A program made the translations under genes and the position numbers. Source: Alphaproteobacteria bacterium (GTDB taxonomy: Bacteria; Pseudomonadota; Alphaproteobacteria; SHVP01). From it: 64,000 nucleotides of DNA. Of this stretch, positions 8,607-17,947 are shown piece after piece. The stretch spans positions 19,019 through 83,018 of the forward strand of contig JAVJOO010000004.1 in the NCBI GenBank assembly GCA_040216735.1, in the 5' to 3' direction. Numbering within the stretch: the first letter of the stretch is position 1; the number at the start of each line of letters is the position of its first letter. A model generated the notes under the pieces. The model was not told the DNA's origin. It ran no database searches and saw nothing but the letters and a program-made list of their open reading frames with translations.

Positions 8607-8641
8607 GCGGCCCATCGCCTTGACTAGGCGACATGGGCCGC
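8607..8641. promoter_or_regulatory. imperfect palindrome in divergent promoter region
   Basis: GCGGCCCATCGCC-TTGACTA-GGCGACATGGGCCGC. The arms are complementary apart from a 2-nt bulge. It sits between the esterase (-) and the ABC binding-protein gene (+). Confidence 0.3.
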
Positions 8642-8721
8642 CCATCCTAGCCCGCCCTTAGGGGGCAGGAGAACCGTACGCTATTCCGCGCTGCCATAGC
8701 GCGCATTCTAGGGAGGAAAAC

Positions 8722-10353
8722 GTGGCAGACAAAAACCTACAAGACACGTCGGCAGCCGCCGTCGAGCGCACCGGACCGACGCGCCGCCAGCTCCTTGAGC
8801 TCGGCGCCGGCCTTGGTTTGATGCTGACGCTCACCCCGACCGGCACCTTCGCGCAGGGCAAGAGCGAACTCACCATCGCCATCCCCGCCGATCTTGGCGG
8901 CTGGGATCACGACTATTTGGCGTTCGACCTCGTCGGTCTAGCGGTGATGAAGAATTGTTACCCGTTCATGCTCGAATATGGGGTCAAAGATCAAGACGGC
9001 GCGGCCGTTATGGACACCGAAAACATCGTGCCGGTATTCGCGGAGTCCTGGGAAGGCGATGCGGAAGGAAAGGTATGGACCCTCAAGATCCGCAAAGGGG
9101 TCACCTTTCCGAGCGGCAATCCGCTTACCGCGAAGGACGTCAAGTGGTCGAAGGACCGGGCGTTCGCCGCTAAGGCGAACGTCGCAGGGGTCTACCGCTT
9201 GATCGGCTTGACCGAGGCGAGCCAGGTCGAAGTTGTCGACGATTACACGGTGCGCTTTACCCAGTCGCAACCCAGCGATCTGTCCAGCCACATCCAGATT
9301 ATTTCCCTGTACGTCTTCGACTCCGAGGAACTTAAGAAGCACGCGACGGCCGACGATCCATGGGCCAAGGACTGGACCACGAAGAATCCTCAAAGTGGCG
9401 GGGCCTACAACGTCGTGGACTACAAGCCTGGGCAAGAGATCGTCCTCGAATCCAACCCGTCTTTCCCGAGCGCTCAACCGCGTGTGAAGCGGGTCAAGCT
9501 GCAGGTTATTCCGGCACCGGCAAACCGCCGCTTACTGTTGGAAAAGGGCGAGGTCGACATCGCCCTCGGGCTGTCCCGTCGCGACATCAACGACATGCGC
9601 GGCGCCAAGGGTATCAAGGTTATTTCCAGCCCCAGCAACGAGTTTGTGTTCATGCCGATGGCGATGGGCACCGCACCGTTCGACAACCCGAAGGTGCGCC
9701 AGGCGATGGCGCATGTGGTGCCCTACGATGCGATCGTCTCCAATGTCTATAGCGGCAATGCGCGGCGTTCGACGAGTCCGGTCCCACTCGATATGCCTGG
9801 CCATTCGGCGAAGGGTTACCCGTTCGGTTTCGATATCGACAAGGCCAAAGCGCTGCTCGCCGAAGCCGGCATGGCGGGCGGATTCGAGTCCGAAATCGCC
9901 ATTTTGGCCGGCGACGTCGCGCAGGAGCGTGCGGCCGTCCTCGTGTCTAGCGCGGCCCGGCTTGCGGGGATCGACCTGAAGATCACGCCGCTCGACCCCG
10001 GTACGCTGTTCCAGCGCCGTCGTGAAAAAACCCTGCCGTTGCAGATTGCCAGCGGGCAGATGTGGGTCAACGATATCGAGTACCTGCTGGCCACCAGTCT
10101 GACGCCCGGTGGCTTTTTGAACTACGCCGGGTACGACAGCGCACGGATCGTCGAAATTTTCCAGACGCTTAACAAGACGTCCGACATGGCGACCCGCAAC
10201 CGGTTGTTCGACGAGGTTCAAACCATCTTGGCGCGCGATGTGCCATGGCTCGTCCTCGCACAACCGCACTTCGACTTGCCGGTGGCCGCGAGTGTGTCCG
10301 GTTGGGTCCAGCCTGTGGATGGCCTCTTCCGCCTGCGCTACCTCGACGCCTGA
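8722..10353 (+). CDS. ABC transporter substrate-binding protein, family 5 (peptide/opine/nickel type)
   Basis: 543 aa; GTG preceded by GGGAGG. Tat-like signal TRRQLLELGAGLGLMLTLTPTGTFAQG. Overall DppA/OppA-like sequence. Confidence 0.9.
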   Translation: MADKNLQDTSAAAVERTGPTRRQLLELGAGLGLMLTLTPTGTFAQGKSELTIAIPADLGGWDHDYLAFDLVGLAVMKNCYPFMLEYGVKDQDGAAVMDTENIVPVFAESWEGDAEGKVWTLKIRKGVTFPSGNPLTAKDVKWSKDRAFAAKANVAGVYRLIGLTEASQVEVVDDYTVRFTQSQPSDLSSHIQIISLYVFDSEELKKHATADDPWAKDWTTKNPQSGGAYNVVDYKPGQEIVLESNPSFPSAQPRVKRVKLQVIPAPANRRLLLEKGEVDIALGLSRRDINDMRGAKGIKVISSPSNEFVFMPMAMGTAPFDNPKVRQAMAHVVPYDAIVSNVYSGNARRSTSPVPLDMPGHSAKGYPFGFDIDKAKALLAEAGMAGGFESEIAILAGDVAQERAAVLVSSAARLAGIDLKITPLDPGTLFQRRREKTLPLQIASGQMWVNDIEYLLATSLTPGGFLNYAGYDSARIVEIFQTLNKTSDMATRNRLFDEVQTILARDVPWLVLAQPHFDLPVAASVSGWVQPVDGLFRLRYLDA

Positions 10354-10371
10354 GGCCGTGGCACCTGTCAG

Positions 10372-11382
10372 GTGCGGCTTGGTCTCTACATAACGCGAAG
10401 ACTATTGATGCTGGCGCCCGTTCTTGTGGGCGTCAGCATCTTTTGTTTTCTGTTGATCCGGGTGCTTCCCGGCGACCCAATACTGTCGATCGTTCCGGAA
10501 ACCGCCACCCAGGAAGACATCGACCGGACCCGTGCCCAGTACGGCCTCGACCGGCCGCTGGTCGAGCAATACGGCGCTTACATGGCGGGGGTGGTACGGG
10601 GCGATTTCGGCGATTCTATTCAAACAAACCGCGCTGTCGTCGACCAAATCGCCGAACGCTTACCCCGGACCCTGGAACTCGTGGTGCTGGGCTTCCTCCT
10701 GGCACTCGTCATGGCCATCGTTCTCGGCCTCTTCGCCGCGCTCCACGCCGGCAGGGTCGGAGATCACATCGCCCGAGTGGGCGCGCTGGTCGCAAATTCC
10801 TTGCCCGAATTTTGGCTCGGCTTGGTGCTAATCCTCGTCTTCTTTGCCGCTCTTGGCATTGCCCCGGGCCCGACCGGACGGATCTCGACCGGCATCGATT
10901 TCGAGGTCGTTACCGGCTCGCTGATTATCGATTCCATACTTACCGGCAATATGCCGGCGCTGGTATCGGCCCTGCATCACTTGATGCTGCCGGTCCTAAC
11001 CCTCGGTGTCATCGTCGTTGCGCCGATGATGCGCAGTGTCCGTGCGTCGGCGCTCCAGGTGATGCAATCCGAAAGCTACCGCTGTGCGGCGGCACACGGG
11101 CTGCGGCCGAAAACACTGTTGTTCGGCTATCTCCTGCGGGAAACCATGGTGCGGGTGCCCACCCTCGCAGCACTCGTACTCGGCAACTTGATCGGTGGAA
11201 GTGTGCTTGTCGAGTTCGTGTTCTCTTGGCAGGGCTTCGGACAATGGGCGTTGCGGGGTCTGTTGTTGCGGGACTACCCGGTGATCCAGGCGTACGTCCT
11301 GGTGACGGCATCTTTTTACGTCGTGGCTTTTCTTGTGGCCGACGTTGTCCAAGCGGCGCTCGATCCGCGGATCAAGGTCTAG
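10372..11382 (+). CDS. ABC transporter permease (DppB/OppB-like)
   Basis: 336 aa: YITRRLLMLAPVLVGVSIFCFLLIRVLPGDP, plus a BPD-type inner-membrane component. Confidence 0.9.
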   Translation: MRLGLYITRRLLMLAPVLVGVSIFCFLLIRVLPGDPILSIVPETATQEDIDRTRAQYGLDRPLVEQYGAYMAGVVRGDFGDSIQTNRAVVDQIAERLPRTLELVVLGFLLALVMAIVLGLFAALHAGRVGDHIARVGALVANSLPEFWLGLVLILVFFAALGIAPGPTGRISTGIDFEVVTGSLIIDSILTGNMPALVSALHHLMLPVLTLGVIVVAPMMRSVRASALQVMQSESYRCAAAHGLRPKTLLFGYLLRETMVRVPTLAALVLGNLIGGSVLVEFVFSWQGFGQWALRGLLLRDYPVIQAYVLVTASFYVVAFLVADVVQAALDPRIKV

Positions 11383-11385
11383 GTC

Positions 11386-12252
11386 ATGACGCTCGTCGAA
11401 ACCATCTCCGGCGGTAAGTCCGCATGGCATCGTCGCCGCCCGCGCGCGGAAATCAGTCGTCCCTTGATCCTTTCGGGCGCCGCGATTCTGTCTGTGGTGA
11501 TTGCCGGCGGGATATTCGCGCCGCTGCTGTCGCCGTGGGGCCCCGAGGAGATTGATTTCGCGGCGTTCCTGGTCCCGCCCTCGGCAGCCCACCCGCTCGG
11601 AACCGACGGCAACGGCATGGACATTTGGAGCCGCGTGCTCTTTGCCGCGCGCATCGATGTCGGTGTCTCGCTTGCCGCCGTCACCCTCGCCGTCGTGGTC
11701 GGCAGTCTGATCGGCGGCTTCGTCGGCTACATCGGGGGATGGGTCGATGAAATCGCGATGCGATTGACCGACATCGTTCAAGCTTTTCCCGCGTTCATCC
11801 TGGCGCTCACAGTCTCGGCGATGTTCGGCGGCGGACTGTTCAATTTAACCGTCGCGATCGGTTTGATCTTTGCCCCGGCTTACGTGCGCATCATGCGCAG
11901 CGAAATTCGAGCCCTGCGTGTCCGCGGTTTCGTCGAGGCCGCTGAATGCGCGGGCAACAGCAGGGGGTCGATCCTTTTTCGTCACCTCTTTCCCAACGCG
12001 TTGATGCCGGTTCTGGTGATCGCACCGCTTAATTGCGGCTGGGCGATGCTTACTTTGGCGGGGCTATCATTCCTCGGTCTTGGCGTCCCGGTGCCGCAGG
12101 CCGAGTGGGGGGCGATGATCAGTGCGGGTGCGGCCGATGTCGTGGGCGGGCGTTGGTGGACGTCGATTTTTCCCGGGATCGCGCTTTTCCTTAGCGTATT
12201 CGGCTTCAACTTGATCGGCGAAGGCTTCCTCGAACGCTCGGAGCAACAGTGA
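11386..12252 (+). CDS. ABC transporter permease (DppC/OppC-like)
   Basis: 288 aa with HPLGTDGNGMDIWSRVLFAARID, typical of the DppC N-terminal region. Confidence 0.9.
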   Translation: MTLVETISGGKSAWHRRRPRAEISRPLILSGAAILSVVIAGGIFAPLLSPWGPEEIDFAAFLVPPSAAHPLGTDGNGMDIWSRVLFAARIDVGVSLAAVTLAVVVGSLIGGFVGYIGGWVDEIAMRLTDIVQAFPAFILALTVSAMFGGGLFNLTVAIGLIFAPAYVRIMRSEIRALRVRGFVEAAECAGNSRGSILFRHLFPNALMPVLVIAPLNCGWAMLTLAGLSFLGLGVPVPQAEWGAMISAGAADVVGGRWWTSIFPGIALFLSVFGFNLIGEGFLERSEQQ

Positions 12253-14225
12253 CGCAAGCGTTGCTGGATATGCAGGGCGTCTACGTTTCGCTGCCGACCC
12301 GGGGTGGTACCGTTGCCGCGCTCAACGACGTCACTCTCAAGGTCGCGAAGGGGGAGGTGCTTGGCCTCGTCGGCGAAAGCGGCGGTGGCAAAAGCATGAT
12401 GGCACGGGTGATCGCCGGCTTATTGCCCGACGGCGCCAATCTCGCCGGTGCTGTGACCGTTGCCGGTCGTAACATTGTCGAGAGCAGCGAAGCCGATATG
12501 GCGTTGCATCGGGGTAGCGGCGCGGCCATGTGTTTTCAGAACCCGCGCGGTGCCCTTAGCCCAACACGTCGTGTCGGCCAGCAACTGGTCGATCGACTCA
12601 TGCGGTGGCAGAGCATGGGTAAAGAACAGGCCTGGGCAGCGGCGCGCGATCGCTTCGCCGAAGTAGGGATTCGCGATCCCGAACGGCGCCTGCGCGCCTT
12701 CCCCCATGAACTCTCCGGCGGGATGTGCCAGCGCGTGATGATCGCGCTTGCGTTGGCCTGCAAGCCGCGCCTCCTTCTCGCCGACGAACCGACCACCGGG
12801 CTGGATCCGACGCTCACTAAGGATATTCTTAAGCTCTTCCGTGACGCAGCGCAGCGCAACGACTGTGGGGTCATCGTCATTTCGCACGACGTTGCGTCGA
12901 TCGCCGGTGTGTGCGACCGGATTGCTGTCCTCTATGCCGGTCTTCTGGTCGAAATCGGCGATACACCGGCCGTCGTGAGAGACCCGCTCCATCCCTACAC
13001 GCGTTCCTTGCTGGCGGCAGTCCCCGATCTTGACGGCCGGCTGTCGGTCCCGCTCGCTGGCACCATGCCGCGCCTCAGCGTTCCGCCGTCGGCCTGTCCG
13101 TTTGAGACGCGCTGCAGCTTGGCCGAGGATCGATGTCGCATGGACGTGCCGCCGCCGACGGAAAGCGACGATGGACGGATCGTTAGATGTTTCCGTGCCG
13201 GCCAGCCGCAGTCGTTCCCCAGCGTCGCTCCCGCGGCAACTCATACGCGACAGGGTACGGCACAGGTTCCCGTCGTGACGTTGCACGATGTCGAGGTTCG
13301 CTACGCTAGCCAGTTTGGGCAGCGCGGCCCGCGGGCGCTACGTGGGGTGTCGCTGGCCCTGGCCCCCGGCGAAACGTTGGGCATCGTCGGTGAAAGCGGG
13401 TGCGGCAAGAGTACGCTGGCACGGGTGATCATGGGGCTGGTCCGGCCGACAGACGGGCGGGCGGTCGTGAACGGTCTCGACTACGGAAACGCGACACGCG
13501 CCGACATTCGCCGCCTGCGCCGCGATATTCAGATGGTGTTCCAGGATCCGGTCGATTCGCTTAGTCCACGCATGACGGTCGAGCAGAATGTCAGCGATCC
13601 CTTACGGAATGCGGATACCGCGCCCTCAGATATGGATGGACAAATCGACCGCGCGCTGACTCAGGTCGGCCTTGGGCCGGAGTTCCGAAAACTCTACCCG
13701 CGACGCCTGTCCGGTGGCCAAGCCCAGCGCGTCGCACTGGCGCGGGCGCTCATCGTCGACCCCCGCGTCATCGTGTTCGATGAACCGACGTCGGCCCTCG
13801 ACGTCACGGTGCAGGCGCAGATCCTCGATTTGCTTCGCGGGTTGATGGCCGACGGCACGCGCTCGTACGTTTTCGTGTCGCACGATTTGGCCACGGTACA
13901 CGGTCTTTGTGATCGGGTTGCCGTGCTTTATCTCGGCCGCATCGTCGAGCAGGGGCCCGCCGAGACGGTGTTGAAACAACCCCGTCACCCGTACACTCAG
14001 GCATTGGTCGAGGCTGTACCGGCGCTTTCCGGCGACCGAGTCGTGGCGCCATCGAAACTCCGGCGCGACCTGGATGAAGCGTACGAAGCACCTGGGTGCG
14101 GGCTGTCGCCGCGGTGTCCTTACGCCGAGGCAGCCTGTGACGACCCGCAGGCACTGCGCAATTTGACGAATGGCCACCAGGTTGCATGCTGGAAGGCCGA
14201 ACGATTGACGATGGTGGAGGCTTAG
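12249..14225 (+). CDS. fused double ABC ATPase (DppD-DppF fusion)
   Basis: 658 aa with two Walker A motifs (GESGGGKS, GESGCGKST) and two signature motifs (LSGGMCQR, LSGGQAQR). Each half ends in an oligopeptide-type Cys-rich tail. The start overlaps the permease stop. Confidence 0.9.
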   Translation: MTQALLDMQGVYVSLPTRGGTVAALNDVTLKVAKGEVLGLVGESGGGKSMMARVIAGLLPDGANLAGAVTVAGRNIVESSEADMALHRGSGAAMCFQNPRGALSPTRRVGQQLVDRLMRWQSMGKEQAWAAARDRFAEVGIRDPERRLRAFPHELSGGMCQRVMIALALACKPRLLLADEPTTGLDPTLTKDILKLFRDAAQRNDCGVIVISHDVASIAGVCDRIAVLYAGLLVEIGDTPAVVRDPLHPYTRSLLAAVPDLDGRLSVPLAGTMPRLSVPPSACPFETRCSLAEDRCRMDVPPPTESDDGRIVRCFRAGQPQSFPSVAPAATHTRQGTAQVPVVTLHDVEVRYASQFGQRGPRALRGVSLALAPGETLGIVGESGCGKSTLARVIMGLVRPTDGRAVVNGLDYGNATRADIRRLRRDIQMVFQDPVDSLSPRMTVEQNVSDPLRNADTAPSDMDGQIDRALTQVGLGPEFRKLYPRRLSGGQAQRVALARALIVDPRVIVFDEPTSALDVTVQAQILDLLRGLMADGTRSYVFVSHDLATVHGLCDRVAVLYLGRIVEQGPAETVLKQPRHPYTQALVEAVPALSGDRVVAPSKLRRDLDEAYEAPGCGLSPRCPYAEAACDDPQALRNLTNGHQVACWKAERLTMVEA

Positions 14226-14227
14226 CG

Positions 14228-16273
14228 TTGTCGGAAAAACACTTGCGCCTGGCGGTCGATATCGGCGGAACCTTTGTCGACGCGATCGAGCTGGACACAA
14301 CAACAGGGGCGTTTCGATTTCAGAAGGCCTCGACCACGCCGCGCAATCCCTCGGAGGGCGTGCTCAACGCCATCGCGGCGCTGGAAACGCCGCTCGACCG
14401 GACGGCGCTCTTCACGCACGGCACCACGCTTGGTCTGAACGCCGTACTGGAACGCCGTGGCGCGAAGGTCGGCATCGTTACCAACGAAGGTTTCCGCGAT
14501 ATCTTCCTGATTGGGCGCGCCAATGTTCCAGACGCCCACATGTACGACTTCACCTACGCCCGTCCCGAGCCGTTGGTTCGGCGTCGGTGCATCGCCGGCG
14601 TCAAAGGCCGGCTCGACTACAAGGGACGCGTCGTCGATGAACTCGACGAAGACGGTGTCGTTGCCGCCGCCCGCCATTTGATCGACGAGCATCGGGTCGA
14701 AGCGATTGCGATCTGCTTTCTCTTCTCGTTTATCGACCCAGCATCCGAACGCCGCGCCAAAACGTTGATCCTCGAAGCGTTTCCGGAGATGCGCGTCTCG
14801 ATCTCCAGCGATATTGCCCGCGAGCACCGCGAATACGAACGTACCAGCACGACAGTGTTGGACGCTTATATTCGACCGATATTTGAACGCTACATTGACG
14901 AACTCGAGGCGCGGATGCGCGCGCAAGCCTTTGACGGCCGCTTCTTGATCATGCGCTCCGGCGGCGGGGCGATGACTGCCGAAGCTGCCAAGCGCTCGCC
15001 AACGAACACCGTGCTTTCTGGACCGGCGGGCGGCATCGCTGGGGGGGCTTTCCTGGGCCAGGCGTTGGAACGGCACGACCTCATCACCTTCGATGTGGGC
15101 GGTACCTCGCTCGACGTGTGCTTGATCGAGGATGGCCGCGCCGCTGCCGCCTTCGAGGCGTCGCTCGAAAACCATCCCTTGCTTATTCCGATTTACGATA
15201 TCCGCACCATTGGGGCCGGCGGCGGTTCGATTGCCTGGCTTGACGCGGGTCTCCTTAACGTCGGGCCGCAGAGCGCTGGCGCCGAGCCGGGGCCAATCTG
15301 CTATGGCCGCGGCGGTACGCAGCCGACGGTGACGGACGCGTGTCTCGTTCTGGGCTACATCGACCCGGACGCGTTTCTTGGCGGTACCATGCGTCTCGAC
15401 GACGCGGCGGCCGGACAGGGTCTTGCGGCATCGATCGCCCAGCCGATGGCGGTGACGCCGGAGGCTGCCGCAGCGGGCATCCTCGATATTCTCATGGCAA
15501 AGACCGTGGGCGCGGTGCGCCAGATCACGGTCGAGCGTGGCCGCGACCCCCGCGAGTCCGCCTTGCTCGCCTTTGGTGGCGCCGGGCCCCTGTTCGGCCC
15601 GATGTGTGGCCACGAAATGGATCTCAAGGAAGTCATCGTTCCGAACGCGCCGTCGGGATTCTCGGCATGGGGGATGCTGAGCGCCGACGTAGTCGACGAT
15701 TTTTCGCGAACCCATATTGCTCTGATCGACGAAGTCTCGCCCGAAGCGCTCGGCGCGATTTTCGCCGAGATCGAACGAGAGGCGGTAGAATCGTTACGCC
15801 AACAGGGCGTTCGAGACGGCCAAGCGATGCTGCTGCGGCAGCTTGAGTTGCGCTACCTAGGCCAGGAGCATGCCTTGCCTCTCGATCTCGGGGTCGCCAT
15901 CGCCATCGATGCCATCGTGAAAAGCTTCGGCGATCAACACGAGGCCCGCTATGGCCACCGGATGGAGGCGCCGGTGCAGATATTGAACATCCGTATCCGC
16001 GCGGTCGGCAATACCGCGAAACCGACATTGCCGGAACTGCCGGCGCGGCCCGCAGGGAAGGCCGGGCCCAAGTCCGGTGTGCGTCGCGCCTATTGCTTCA
16101 CGACCAGGCAAATGACCGACTTCGCCACCTACACCCGCGCAGACCTTGCGCCGGGGGATACGATCGCTGGTCCCGCGCTGATCGACGAAGGTACCTCCGT
16201 GACGGTCATGCACACTGGCCAGACCCTATCTGTCGACCGCTACGGCCACCTGATCGTTGCGATGGCGGGGTAG
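14228..16273 (+). CDS. hydantoinase/oxoprolinase family A subunit (HyuA-like, ATP-binding)
   Basis: ORF 14186..16273. I prefer TTG 14228, which has the SD GGTGGAGG 8 nt upstream and lies 3 nt after the ATPase stop. MSEKHLRLAVDIGGTFVD and DVGGTSLDV are actin-fold ATPase motifs of HyuA/OplA. Confidence 0.85.
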   Translation: MSEKHLRLAVDIGGTFVDAIELDTTTGAFRFQKASTTPRNPSEGVLNAIAALETPLDRTALFTHGTTLGLNAVLERRGAKVGIVTNEGFRDIFLIGRANVPDAHMYDFTYARPEPLVRRRCIAGVKGRLDYKGRVVDELDEDGVVAAARHLIDEHRVEAIAICFLFSFIDPASERRAKTLILEAFPEMRVSISSDIAREHREYERTSTTVLDAYIRPIFERYIDELEARMRAQAFDGRFLIMRSGGGAMTAEAAKRSPTNTVLSGPAGGIAGGAFLGQALERHDLITFDVGGTSLDVCLIEDGRAAAAFEASLENHPLLIPIYDIRTIGAGGGSIAWLDAGLLNVGPQSAGAEPGPICYGRGGTQPTVTDACLVLGYIDPDAFLGGTMRLDDAAAGQGLAASIAQPMAVTPEAAAAGILDILMAKTVGAVRQITVERGRDPRESALLAFGGAGPLFGPMCGHEMDLKEVIVPNAPSGFSAWGMLSADVVDDFSRTHIALIDEVSPEALGAIFAEIEREAVESLRQQGVRDGQAMLLRQLELRYLGQEHALPLDLGVAIAIDAIVKSFGDQHEARYGHRMEAPVQILNIRIRAVGNTAKPTLPELPARPAGKAGPKSGVRRAYCFTTRQMTDFATYTRADLAPGDTIAGPALIDEGTSVTVMHTGQTLSVDRYGHLIVAMAG

Positions 16274-16282
16274 GGGGCGAAG

Positions 16283-17947
16283 ATGAGCAAAGAAATCGAC
16301 GGCGCCACCGCCGAGGTTGTCCGCAGTTACCTTCTTGCAGCGGCCCAGGAAATGAAGGCTACCCTCGTTCGGACCGCGTTCAATCCCGTGATCTACGAGG
16401 TCTTGGACTTCGGTATTTCGATGTATGACCGCAATCTCGACCTCATCGCCGAGGCGCCGGGGCTTACCATGTTCTTGGGTGCGAACGACTACAGTGTCCG
16501 CAAAGTTGTCGAGTATTTGGGCGTCGCGGCGTTCGAGGACGGCGACATCGTTATTTCGAACTATCCCTACTGGAACGCCGCGCACACCTACGATGCCAGT
16601 TTGATCGCGCCGGTTTTTATCCCCGGTTTTGACGGCCCGTTCGGCTTTCTCTGCGTACGGGCGCACTGGGCGGACCTCGGCGCAAAGGATCCGGGTTACG
16701 TCCTCGATTCCACTGACATGCACCAAGAGGGCATCGTCTTTCCTGGAACCAAAATCTACAAACGGGGCAAACCCGACAACGAGATCGTCGAGTTGATCCG
16801 TTTTAACTCGCGCATGCCCGACATTGTTGTCGGGGACTTCAATGCGATGGTGGCGGCCCTGCGTACCGGCGAACGCCGCCTCCAAGAAATCGCGGAAAAG
16901 TTCGGGCGAGAGACGGTCGACGCGGCGATCGCTGCGATTCTCGACCACGGCGAACAGACGACCGCGCGCGCATTGGCAGACCTTCCAAAAGGGACTTGGT
17001 CGGCCGAAGACATCATCGACGACGACGGAATCTCCGACGACCCGATCACCATGAAGGCGACGTTGACGATCACCGACCAAGCGTTCACGGTCGACTTCAC
17101 TGGATCCGCCGGAACCCAAAAGGGACCGGTCAACATGCCGTTCGGCTCGACCTTGGCAATGTGCAAGGTAGTGTTCAAGGCCCTGACGACGCCGGAGACC
17201 CCGTCCAACGCCGGCCATTCCCGCGCGCTCGACGTGATTGCCGAGCCGGGCAATCTGTTTCACGCCGTCTACCCCGCGCCAACCTTCACACTGTGGACCG
17301 GCATCGTGGGATTGGAGCTTCTGTTTAAGGCGCTCGCCCAGGCCATGCCGGAGCGGTTCTCTGCATCCTCCGGGGGCGACGTCCCCGGATTCATGATGTT
17401 GGGCATCCACCCCGATACCGGCAAGTTTTTCGCGCTGAGCAACAACGATCCCGTCGGATGGGGTGCCGCGCCGCAGCACGACGGTGCCAACGCGTTGTTG
17501 CACCTGTCGGAAAGCATCGTCCGCAACACGCCCCTCGAAGTACTCGAAACCAACACCACGATGTTTTTCGAGCGGTATGAATTGCGTCAAGATTCCGGTG
17601 GCCCCGGCAAGCACCGTGGCGGCCTTGGGTTGCGGCGCGACATCCGTTTCCTGTCCGACGGCGAGTTCATGACGGTGATGAAAAAAACCAAAAGCCGTCC
17701 TTGGGCGCTTGCCGGCGGCTTGGAGCCGGAGGCCAATACAGTGATTGCCTTTCCGGGCACCGAAAAAGAAATGCGCATGAGTACCAAACGTATCCCGGTC
17801 AAAGCCGGTGAGCGCATCACCGTCTTGACCGCGGGCGGGGGCGGTCACGGTGTGCCGCACGACCGCGATCCTTCGCGCATTGCCGAGGACCTGCGTGACG
17901 GGTTTGTCTCCGAGGCTGCGGCACGGCGGGACTATGGACACAACTGA
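16283..17947 (+). CDS. hydantoinase B/oxoprolinase family subunit (HyuB-like), copy 1
   Basis: 554 aa with VRTAFNPVIYEVLDFGISMYD, NYPYWNAAH, SGGPGKHRGGLGLRRD and AGGGGHG. Confidence 0.85.
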   Translation: MSKEIDGATAEVVRSYLLAAAQEMKATLVRTAFNPVIYEVLDFGISMYDRNLDLIAEAPGLTMFLGANDYSVRKVVEYLGVAAFEDGDIVISNYPYWNAAHTYDASLIAPVFIPGFDGPFGFLCVRAHWADLGAKDPGYVLDSTDMHQEGIVFPGTKIYKRGKPDNEIVELIRFNSRMPDIVVGDFNAMVAALRTGERRLQEIAEKFGRETVDAAIAAILDHGEQTTARALADLPKGTWSAEDIIDDDGISDDPITMKATLTITDQAFTVDFTGSAGTQKGPVNMPFGSTLAMCKVVFKALTTPETPSNAGHSRALDVIAEPGNLFHAVYPAPTFTLWTGIVGLELLFKALAQAMPERFSASSGGDVPGFMMLGIHPDTGKFFALSNNDPVGWGAAPQHDGANALLHLSESIVRNTPLEVLETNTTMFFERYELRQDSGGPGKHRGGLGLRRDIRFLSDGEFMTVMKKTKSRPWALAGGLEPEANTVIAFPGTEKEMRMSTKRIPVKAGERITVLTAGGGGHGVPHDRDPSRIAEDLRDGFVSEAAARRDYGHN

